Of a DNA stretch of 64,000 bases, positions 9,400 through 16,781 are shown one piece after another (the first letter of the stretch is position 1; every line of letters begins with the position of its first letter). Below the pieces are notes generated by a model. That model worked only from the letters and a program-made list of their open reading frames with translations. It did no database searches and was not told the DNA's origin. The DNA lies in the NCBI GenBank assembly GCA_045603785.1, contig JAZUMV010000001.1, forward strand, positions 9,343 to 73,342. The letters are read 5' to 3'. Position numbers and translations under genes: made by a program. Origin of the DNA: Candidatus Nanosyncoccaceae bacterium. Lineage in GTDB: Bacteria; Patescibacteriota; Saccharimonadia; Saccharimonadales; Saccharimonadaceae.

Positions 9400-10483
9400 T
9401 GAAATTAAGAAGCAACGCCCAGAGGCGGAGCTTGAATTTTGGACCGATAAAAAGTATTACGAAAACAGCAGGGAAGCAATTCGGGCTAACGGCCTTGAAA
9501 TGCGCGTCAGGAAGCTTTGTTCTGGAAAACTGCGTAGATATACAAATTTCGGTCTTTGGGACTATATAGCGAATTTTAAGGACCTTCTACGCAACTTTTT
9601 TGATATGTTCCGTGTCGTTGCGGGAATTTGGCAGAGTTTTTGGCGTTTCGTATTTTCTAGACCGGATGTTGTTTTTCTAAAGGGCGGTTATGTTTGTCTA
9701 CCAGTTGGAATTGCGGCGCATTGGCTAAAAATTCCTTATGTAATTCATGATAGCGATGCGGCGCCGGGTTTGACGAATCGAATCTTAGCAAAGCACGCAA
9801 CAAAGATTGCAACTGGTATGCCTCTGGGGTTTTATAGCTATCCTGAGGGCAGGGCAGTCTGGACCGGCATTCCGATTGGCGTGGATTATGTTGTTGCTGA
9901 TGCTGAAGTCCAGAAACAGGCAAAGAAAAGCCTTAGTTTTGACACGAAAAAACCTTTGGTAGTTGTGACTGGCGGTAGTTTGGGCGCAGATCATATCAAT
10001 AAGGCAGTACTAGGTATCTATGAGGATTTGATTAAGAAGGCTAATCTTGTCCTAATTTCTGGCAAGGCGAATTTTGAGGAATTGCATAAGAATGCGCCTA
10101 AGGATCCAGATCATTTTAGATTGCTAGATTTTACGAATGAATTATCTAAGTATTATGCGGCGGCCGATGTAGTGGTGGCGCGTGCTGGTGCATCAACTTT
10201 GAGCGAGCTTGCAAGTATGGCAAAAGCGGTAGTTTTGGTGCCAAATCATAAGTTGCCAGGTTTCCATCAGGTTAAGAATGCGGAATGCTATGAAAAAGAG
10301 GGCGCAGCGCTACTTGTTCGCGATTCTGAAACCGGCATCAATCAGGAAGAACTTAAGAAGGCGGTTTTCTCCTTGCTTGTAGATGAGAAGCTAAGAGAGA
10401 AGTGCTCTAAGAAATTGGCGAAGTTTGCAAAGAATAGTGCCGCTAAAGAATTGGCGGATATTGTTCTGAAGGTCGCTAGATAG
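9335..10483 (+). CDS. murG: UDP-GlcNAc:lipid I N-acetylglucosaminyltransferase MurG
   Basis: MKIVVVGGGSGGHVTP N-terminus, VVTGGSLGA, ARAGASTLSELA. Confidence 0.9.
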   Translation: MKIVVVGGGSGGHVTPVVAVASEIKKQRPEAELEFWTDKKYYENSREAIRANGLEMRVRKLCSGKLRRYTNFGLWDYIANFKDLLRNFFDMFRVVAGIWQSFWRFVFSRPDVVFLKGGYVCLPVGIAAHWLKIPYVIHDSDAAPGLTNRILAKHATKIATGMPLGFYSYPEGRAVWTGIPIGVDYVVADAEVQKQAKKSLSFDTKKPLVVVTGGSLGADHINKAVLGIYEDLIKKANLVLISGKANFEELHKNAPKDPDHFRLLDFTNELSKYYAAADVVVARAGASTLSELASMAKAVVLVPNHKLPGFHQVKNAECYEKEGAALLVRDSETGINQEELKKAVFSLLVDEKLREKCSKKLAKFAKNSAAKELADIVLKVAR

Positions 10484-10536
10484 ATTAAGCTCTTGCTAAA
10501 GGCGTCAGCTTGTGCTATACTAAGAATCACTTGGAT

Positions 10537-10612
10537 GGTCACGTCGTCTAGTGGTTAGGACTCCAGGTTTTCATCCTGGCAATCGTGGGTTCGATTCCCA
10601 CCGTGATCACCA
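10537..10612 (+). tRNA. tRNA-Glu (anticodon UUC), CCA encoded
   Basis: Hand-folded cloverleaf: acceptor ggtcacg/cgtgatc, D arm gtc-tagtggttag-gac, anticodon arm ccagg-ttTTCat-cctgg, T arm gtggg-ttcgatt-cccac, discriminator A, then cca. Confidence 0.9.
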
Positions 10613-10704
10613 TTTTTTGTTGGTTTATTGCCGCCTGATTTGGGGCGTTTTTTGTTGTCGCTCGACTGGCGGAACCACCGTAAATTATGTTAAAATATAT
10701 GGGT

Positions 10705-12141
10705 ATGAGTAAAAAACTTTTTAAACGCACCAAGATTTTGGCGACGGTTGGTCCAGCTTGTTTTAGCGAAGATAAGCTTCGCGAAATGGTCTATGCTGGC
10801 GTAAACGGTTTCCGCCTAAACTTCAGTCACGGTACTTATGATGAACGTGATGAACAAATCCGCATTATCCGCAAATACGCAGAAGAGCGCGGTAAAAATG
10901 TAGCAATCCTTCAGGATATTCAGGGCCCGAAGATTCGCTTTGGCGATCTCAAGAATGATAGCTACGATCTTAAGAAGGGTGATGAGATTATTCTCGATTA
11001 CGCTGTAAAGGAACATGATGGTGGCAATTCGCTCCCAGTTCAGTGGAACCTTGCTGATTATTGCAAGGAAGGCGAGCCAATCTCCTTCTTTGATGGCAAG
11101 ATTAAGGGCGTAGTCATTGAAGTTACTTCAAAGACTGCTATCAAGGTTAAGATTCTTAACGACGGTCATCTTCAGAGCCATAAGGGTATCAACCTTCCTG
11201 ACACCGACCTCGGCGGTAACATTATTACTGATAAGGATAAAGCCGACCTTGAGTTCGGTGCAAGCCGCGACTTTGACTACGTTGCAGTAAGCTTTATTCA
11301 GAAGCCTGAAGACATCGAAAAGGTTCGCCAGATCCTCGTTTCTAACGGTAGTCACGCAAAGATTATTGCAAAGATCGAAACCAAGAAGGCAATCGAAACC
11401 GACGAAAATCTTGAAGCTATTGTGATGGCTGCTGATGGTGTCATGGTCGCTCGCGGTGACCTCGCAATTGAGGCTGGTTATGAGGTTGTTCCTATTGTTC
11501 AGCGTAAGCTTTTGGCGTTCGCTCGCCAGAACGCAAAGCTCGTCATTGTTGCAACTCAGATGCTTGGTAGTATGGTAGATAATCCAGAACCAAACCGTGC
11601 TGAGGTTAATGATGTCGCTACGGCCGTTATCATGGGCGCTGATGTTACGATGCTTTCTGATGAGTCTGCAAACGGTAAGTATCCAATCGAGTCCATCAAG
11701 ACGATGAAGAAGATCATTCTTTATACTCAGGACCATGCAAGGATGCAGCCAATCGAAAACGATGTTACTGGTACCTATAAGAACTACGATGCAATCGCAG
11801 CTGGTGCTGTAAAGATCGCTGAAGATATTGACGCAGATTTGATTGTTGTTGCAACTCACACTGGTGAGACTGCAAACGCAATTGCCGCCGTTCGTCCAAA
11901 CATGCCAATCGTGAGCGTTACTGATGATAAGCGTGTTGCTGGCCAGTTGGCTTTGCGCTATGCAAACTCTTCCTATGTACGTGAGTTCGATCAGAATTCT
12001 GCAATCGATACGGTTCAGGACTTGAAAGCTGATGGCTATCTCAAGCTTCCTGAAGGTCAAGAAGAGTTGACGGTTGTTCTCGTTCAGGGTTACAAGAACG
12101 AAGAGGGCTCAACCAACATGATTCAGATTCGCAAGATTTAA
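10705..12141 (+). CDS. pyk: Pyruvate kinase
   Basis: TKILATVGP, GVNGFRLNFSHG, MVARGDLAIE, ATQMLGSM, MLSDESANGKYP. Start chosen at MSKKLFKRTKI (third in-frame ATG); 10687 is also possible. Confidence 0.9.
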   Translation: MSKKLFKRTKILATVGPACFSEDKLREMVYAGVNGFRLNFSHGTYDERDEQIRIIRKYAEERGKNVAILQDIQGPKIRFGDLKNDSYDLKKGDEIILDYAVKEHDGGNSLPVQWNLADYCKEGEPISFFDGKIKGVVIEVTSKTAIKVKILNDGHLQSHKGINLPDTDLGGNIITDKDKADLEFGASRDFDYVAVSFIQKPEDIEKVRQILVSNGSHAKIIAKIETKKAIETDENLEAIVMAADGVMVARGDLAIEAGYEVVPIVQRKLLAFARQNAKLVIVATQMLGSMVDNPEPNRAEVNDVATAVIMGADVTMLSDESANGKYPIESIKTMKKIILYTQDHARMQPIENDVTGTYKNYDAIAAGAVKIAEDIDADLIVVATHTGETANAIAAVRPNMPIVSVTDDKRVAGQLALRYANSSYVREFDQNSAIDTVQDLKADGYLKLPEGQEELTVVLVQGYKNEEGSTNMIQIRKI

Positions 12142-12190
12142 TAATCTTTCAGAGGAGCGCCCTAGAGGTGCTCCTCTTTAAGGAGAAGTG

Positions 12191-13264
12191 ATGGGTTTTA
12201 GGAAAAAGACGGTAGAAAATGTAGATGTAGCTGGCAAAGTTGTGCTAGTACGCGTAGATTACAATGTGCCAATGAAAGATGGCGTAGTTGTGGAGGATAT
12301 GCGCATTCGTGCAAGCTTGCCAACGATTAATTATCTGATAGAGCAGGGTGTAAAGAAGGTTGTGCTGATTTCTCATATGGGTCGCCCAGAAGGGGAAGTG
12401 AAGCCAGAATTTAGCCTTTCGCCAATTGCGAAGAGCTTAGGAAACTTGCTGGTCGGCAAAACCGTGCGTTTTTGTCCGGAGACGACTGGTGATGAAGTTA
12501 AAAGGGCAGTGGAAGACTTGCCGGACGGCGGTGTTTTGTTGCTTGAGAATCTTCGCTTCTCTGCCGAAGAAGAGAATAACTCGGATGAATTTGCGAAGGC
12601 GATCGTCGAGTCTACTGGCGCAGAATTGTTCGTTCAGGATGGATTTGCGGTAATTCATCGTGCACATGCTTCGACTGATGCAATTGCGAGAATTTTGCCG
12701 GCGGTTGCGGGCTTCTTAGTTGAAAATGAGGTTACGAAACTTGAAGGCGCAATTAAGAATCCTGAGCATCCTTTGGTTGTGATTATTGGTGGCGCGAAAG
12801 TCGAGGATAAAACTCCGATGATCGAGCAATTCTTGCCGATTGCTGATGAGATTATTGTCGGCGGTAAGATTGCGGCTGATGGCTATGAAGCAACTGATCC
12901 AAAAATTTACGTAGCGGAAGATTTTGTCGAGGACGAGACTGGTGCTAAGCTGGATGTTGGCGAAAAGACTGGTATGCATATTGTAAGTTCAGTACTTCGC
13001 GCAAAGACGGTCGTTTGGAATGGTACGCTTGGCAAGACTGAAGACGAGCGCTTCGCGAAGATTTCTACCTCTGTCGCGGCTGCCATGAGTGAATCGAATG
13101 CGACGACGATTATTGGCGGTGGCGATACGGCTGGCTTTGTCGAGGGTTTGATTCGTAAGAATCCGGATTTGCACTATAGCTTGATTTCTACGGGTGGCGG
13201 CGCTAGTCTAGAGTTGCTATCTGGTAAGAAGCTGCCGGGCTTAGAAGTTTTGCAGGACGCATAA
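12191..13264 (+). CDS. pgk: Phosphoglycerate kinase (compact, ~357 aa)
   Basis: VLVRVDYNVP, SHMGRPEG, LLENLRFSAEEE, GGAKVEDK, WNGTLG, STGGGASLELL. AAGGAG SD precedes ATG 12191 (GTG at 12188 is the alternative). Confidence 0.9.
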   Translation: MGFRKKTVENVDVAGKVVLVRVDYNVPMKDGVVVEDMRIRASLPTINYLIEQGVKKVVLISHMGRPEGEVKPEFSLSPIAKSLGNLLVGKTVRFCPETTGDEVKRAVEDLPDGGVLLLENLRFSAEEENNSDEFAKAIVESTGAELFVQDGFAVIHRAHASTDAIARILPAVAGFLVENEVTKLEGAIKNPEHPLVVIIGGAKVEDKTPMIEQFLPIADEIIVGGKIAADGYEATDPKIYVAEDFVEDETGAKLDVGEKTGMHIVSSVLRAKTVVWNGTLGKTEDERFAKISTSVAAAMSESNATTIIGGGDTAGFVEGLIRKNPDLHYSLISTGGGASLELLSGKKLPGLEVLQDA

Positions 13265-13265
13265 A

Positions 13266-13910
13266 ATGAAGATTCTGGGTGGCTATAATCAGGAAAGGAT
13301 GCAGAATAAGCGTTCTCGCGCCGAGAAGTCGGCCGAGTCTGATTTTGCTGCCCAGAGTGTTCGCTCGAATAATTACCGTATTGGTCGTACGATGGCTGGC
13401 GATGCCAAGAAGGCGCTCGAAGCAAAACGACGCCGCGCGAATGACCAACGCAAACGCAAGATAAAGATGACGGCGGTCATTTCTGCAACCTGTTTAGTTG
13501 CCTTGATTGCTTTGTTCTCGGTAATTCATATTACGATGAAGCAGAAAGCTGAGCGCGAGTTGGCCGAGGCTGAGGCGGCGAAGGTTTTTGTGAAGGAACC
13601 GACCGTGCCTGTGGTTGATGAGAACGTTGGCAATAACATTAGCCAGCGTGTCAAAGATTTTGTTTACGATTTGGAGAATGATTTAGCGCAATATAATATC
13701 GGGATTGATCATGTTAGTTTACCGCTCCAAAAAGCGCGCGAGTTAAGGGTGTTTATCATTGGGCGAAGCGAGTATTACAAGATGTCGCTTGATCGCGGTA
13801 GTGCTGTTCAGGCAGAAGATTTAATGCGTATGATGAAGTATTTGGACGAGGAAGAGGTTGAACCTGAGTATGTCGACTTGCGAGTTGCCGGGAAGGCATA
13901 TTATAAGTAA
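13266..13910 (+). CDS. Bitopic membrane protein, possibly FtsQ/DivIB-like (C-terminal domain only)
   Basis: Basic N-terminus and one TM (VISATCLVALIALFSVIHI). The C-terminus ...LRVFIIGRSEYYKMSLDRG...EYVDLRVAGKAYYK resembles the FtsQ end motif (yvDlR). The match is weak and rests on memory only. Confidence 0.35.
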   Translation: MKILGGYNQERMQNKRSRAEKSAESDFAAQSVRSNNYRIGRTMAGDAKKALEAKRRRANDQRKRKIKMTAVISATCLVALIALFSVIHITMKQKAERELAEAEAAKVFVKEPTVPVVDENVGNNISQRVKDFVYDLENDLAQYNIGIDHVSLPLQKARELRVFIIGRSEYYKMSLDRGSAVQAEDLMRMMKYLDEEEVEPEYVDLRVAGKAYYK

Positions 13911-13975
13911 GTTTTATTGGCTTTCTCTTGGCTCCGCTTCGCTCTTGACGCTAAGAGAAAGCTAACAAAACTTAC
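13907..13975 (+). repeat. Hairpin H1: 23-bp stem closing the conserved 22-nt core GCTCCGCTTCGCTCTTGACGCT (13931-13952)
   Basis: 5' arm gtaagttttattggctttctctt pairs with 3' arm aagagaaagctaacaaaacttac (one A-C mismatch, one G-T pair). The stop codon of the preceding CDS lies in the 5' arm. Confidence 0.85.
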
Positions 13976-14073
13976 ATCAAAGATTCTAGTAGTTAGGGAA
14001 GGGCGTAGCGCCCTATTTTATTTGGTGAGATTTTCTTAAGAGCAAATATAGAGCAGTATGGTGCAGGTGGGAA

Positions 14074-14143
14074 GGTCCTAACTTCCTGAGTCTAACAGCG
14101 TCAAGAGCGAAGCGGAGCTGTTAGGCTCAGTGGAGTTAGGACC
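14074..14143 (-). repeat. Hairpin H2: interrupted ~22-bp stem closing AGCGTCAAGAGCGAAGCGGAGC (14097-14118), the exact reverse complement of the H1 core
   Basis: 5' arm ggtcctaacttcctgagtctaac pairs with 3' arm gttaggctcagtggagttaggacc. The core is 22/22 identical to H1 in inverted orientation. Confidence 0.85.
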
Positions 14144-14168
14144 TAACTCCCCCTATCTGCACTACTAT

Positions 14169-14190
14169 GTTCGGTTTTTGTTCGGTTTTT
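14169..14190 (+). repeat. Tandem 11-nt repeat GTTCGGTTTTT x2
   Basis: gttcggttttt occurs at 14169-14179 and 14180-14190, exact copies. Confidence 0.7.
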
Positions 14191-14243
14191 CCGAGAGCGA
14201 TTCGTAGCGAGAAGAGGGGGTAGTCTGATTTGGGCCGTCAAAA

Positions 14244-14941
14244 ACAGGGGTAAAATCGTTTTTGATAAGGGTAGGGCCAGGGTAGTGTGAAAAGCCGAAT
14301 TTTGGGGGTTTTCACGGCGTGAAAACTGTCTGAAATGTGGAAAAATATGTCATAATATAGGAATTTACAGGGGTCGTTGCGGTTAGGTATTGTGGATCTG
14401 TCAAATTAAACCACTCCCCCAAGGTGTTATTTCGGTAGGGGGCGCATAATTTTACAACATTTATGCGTATATTCGAGCAACTTATTATGGTCAAACAAGT
14501 ATATATACATAACGACATTAGTATTTTGATCTATTTATGTAGATAGAAGTGCCGTGTTTATGTGTATTTAACAGATGAGTTTTATTATTTAGATGATTGT
14601 CTATTCATCCTGGGTTCTAATACTGTATAGTCGTAAAATATACATTGTGCGACATTCAAAATATGGACAAAAGACGATTGCTCATACGTCTAAGTTGGCC
14701 TAGTTTTTGGCCGCCTCGCGGATATTTTCTCGTATTTGCCCTGTCCTTGCGCTTCTATGAGTTTCTACGCCCGATTTCGATTCCATATACTATTTATGTT
14801 TATATTCGCATTATGGCGCGATTTGTAAGCTTGATGTTTTTGCGGTTCAGTCAAGGATTTCCGCAAAAAAATAACAGAGGTAGAACAGGGGTGAGAATAG
14901 GGCGAAAATATCTGGATAGTTACAGGGGTAGAACAGGGGTG
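14244..14941 (+). repeat. Iteron-like direct repeats ACAGGGGT (5 exact copies plus 1 variant), all on the same strand
   Basis: Exact 8-mers at 14244, 14367, 14885, 14922 and 14933; variant ACAGAGGT at 14874. Two 20-mers ACAGRGGTAGAACAGGGGTG lie at 14874-14893 and 14922-14941. They flank an AT-rich stretch (~14440-14660, about 28-30% GC in two hand-counted 60-nt lines). Confidence 0.7.
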
Positions 14942-15083
14942 GCAAAGGGAAGATTTCTGCTCTTCCCCTTCCCTATGACCTCTGTTTGTAAGCTGTTAAT
15001 TATTTTTTCAAAAAAAATAAGCGTCGGTAAAACCGGCGCTCGAAATTAGAAAAGGAAATGATAGAAATAATAATGTAAAACTG

Positions 15084-16046
15084 TTATGAAGGTGTTGAAT
15101 TAGTCTTAGCGAATTTATACCAGGCCTCGGGTTTACAGTAAAAGATGTCGCGATCGAGATGCTCAACCGCAGACACATACTGATGTCCGAAGACCATATT
15201 CTCTTCCCACGCTACCACGTCAAAACTTTGTACATTGCCGTCGTTCTGTCCGTAGTTGGCAATCCATAAGCCGTAGGATTCGGCTCGGATGGTGGAGAGA
15301 GCTTCCTGGTCGCCAGAATTGTTTAGTAGCGACTGGTAGGTATAAAGTACCGGGCGAGTGCCGGTGACTTCCTTGAATCGCCTAAGAAATGCCAGAATCC
15401 ACTCGGAATCGAGTATCCTAGGACTCCCGTCGTCGATTTCGCAATCGAGGGCGTAAACGGCGTACCCAAGGTAATCCTTCGTATTCTCAATGCACCAGTC
15501 GGCGTATTCAACTGGGTCACGAGTTCGCCAAGAGATCTGGTTTGTATAGAAATACATGCCGATCAACTTACTTTTAGACTTGGCGTAGTCCATGTATTCG
15601 TAGAACATTGTGTCGATATCGCTTCCGCATGAAAACCGCATAATAACGGCGTCAGCTTCGTCGATATGATGCTTCCAGTCGTCTCCGGATTGGTAGACGC
15701 TGATATCAATGCCTTCGAGCATAGTCTTGCCTTCAAGCTGTTCAAGAGATTTCTGTCTATACTCGAGAAAAGCCTGGTCTTCGGGTGAAAGTATAGTTGT
15801 CGTTGTGTAAGTAGTAGAAGTCGTAGTAAGAGCAGTGGTCTCTGTGGTCTGGGTCGTAGAACTTGTAGCATGAGGTATGAAGGATAAATTCGTCAGCTGT
15901 GCTTCAGCTACAGTGGTGGCCGAGACAGTGGTCTCTTCGACGTAATCGCTCTTGCCGGAGTCATGGTCCACATCATAGATGAATACTATGATTGCAATAG
16001 CGACCAGGATAATGGTGGATAGCCTGTCATAGAATTTGTTTTCCAT
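15084..16046 (-). CDS. Membrane-anchored GH25-family muramidase (lysozyme) with a Thr-rich linker
   Basis: Start taken at MENKFYDRL, preceded by AGGGAGGAA; the upstream part of the track ORF overlaps the next gene. TM is STIILVAIAIIVFIY and the linker is TSSTTQTTETTALTTTSTTYTTTT. The catalytic domain begins GIDISVYQSGDDW and contains YALDCEIDDG, both GH25-like. Confidence 0.7.
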   Translation of the reverse strand: MENKFYDRLSTIILVAIAIIVFIYDVDHDSGKSDYVEETTVSATTVAEAQLTNLSFIPHATSSTTQTTETTALTTTSTTYTTTTILSPEDQAFLEYRQKSLEQLEGKTMLEGIDISVYQSGDDWKHHIDEADAVIMRFSCGSDIDTMFYEYMDYAKSKSKLIGMYFYTNQISWRTRDPVEYADWCIENTKDYLGYAVYALDCEIDDGSPRILDSEWILAFLRRFKEVTGTRPVLYTYQSLLNNSGDQEALSTIRAESYGLWIANYGQNDGNVQSFDVVAWEENMVFGHQYVSAVEHLDRDIFYCKPEAWYKFAKTNSTPS

Positions 16047-16161
16047 AGAATTCCTCCCTAATCTGAATTTAAAAGGACTCTCGCGTGTTTCTGGGGTGGT
16101 GTTGCCAGGGACTAATGCAAGTAGTGCTATTATAACAGATAATTCTTGGAAGTCAAATGGG

Positions 16162-16761
16162 TTAGCCGTGTACCCAGAGAATAAGTAGGCCAATGACGAT
16201 TAGGAAGAAGAAGGCGTCGGTGCCGTAATTGACTTTGGCGTCAAAAATAAAGTAGCCAATAAGTAAGGCGGCCGAGAATATAACTTTGCCGAGGTGGTAT
16301 TTTTGGGCGAATTCTTTGAAGCTAAGATGATCGTGTGAAAAGAATTCTTTGATGCTCTTTTCACGGAGATCTTTAAGCTTCTTGTTCCCTATTGGCTTTT
16401 TATTGTAGTCGTCAAAAATTATAGCTTTGTGGTGATTGTGCAAATAGCTAATAAGAGTAAAAGCGAGGGCGCGTTCGCTATTCTTATTTTTTAAGAAAAC
16501 ATCGGCGCGGGCGTTGCATTTTTTAAGGGCAGCCTCGTATTTGGGGAAGTTCTCGAGAAGCTGCTTATATTCGCTGCGGTCCATTTTGCAGCTCAAAAAC
16601 TGATAGCTCTTCCCTGTTTTTTGCTCCCTAACAGAGATTTTGAGAGTGTCATCGGTGTAATCGCTATCGATAATTACATCTAGGCTGTTCTTTTGGAAGT
16701 AAGCGGCGCAGTCTTTTGGTTCGAAGTCGGAGCTGTGTTTCAGGTAGCAGTAAAAATCCAT
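16162..16761 (-). CDS. Hypothetical protein with a C-terminal double TM anchor
   Basis: 199-aa ORF, 20 nt downstream of the ATPase gene, with a GAGG SD. C-terminal hydrophobic segments VIFSAALLIGYFIF and FFFLIVIGLLILWV. No recognisable domain. Confidence 0.5.
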   Translation of the reverse strand: MDFYCYLKHSSDFEPKDCAAYFQKNSLDVIIDSDYTDDTLKISVREQKTGKSYQFLSCKMDRSEYKQLLENFPKYEAALKKCNARADVFLKNKNSERALAFTLISYLHNHHKAIIFDDYNKKPIGNKKLKDLREKSIKEFFSHDHLSFKEFAQKYHLGKVIFSAALLIGYFIFDAKVNYGTDAFFFLIVIGLLILWVHG

Positions 16762-16781
16762 TCTAAGGCCTCTAAAACGCG

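Noticed and set aside
11128-12060. 310-aa minus-strand ORF
   Set aside because: It is antisense to pyruvate kinase, whose motifs are unambiguous.
13953-14096. Promoter inside the putative invertible segments (and TTGACG within the core used as a -35)
   Set aside because: No acceptable -10 hexamer lies 16-18 nt downstream of the core TTGACG in any of the four copies. No convincing promoter is seen in either inter-hairpin segment. The inverton idea is therefore kept only as one hypothesis.
14439-14466. dif-like half site GGGGCGCATAA (10/11 match to the E. coli XerC arm)
   Set aside because: The expected XerD arm (TTATGTTAAAT-like) is absent after a 6-nt spacer. The palindrome partner (TTATGCG) is 11 nt away. 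One 10/11 match in 128 kb of two-strand sequence is expected by chance.
14645-15049. 134-aa ORF in the gene desert
   Set aside because: It has a GTG-type start and no SD. Its Arg/Phe-rich translation partly consists of the iteron repeats read as RGRTGV twice. No protein-like features.
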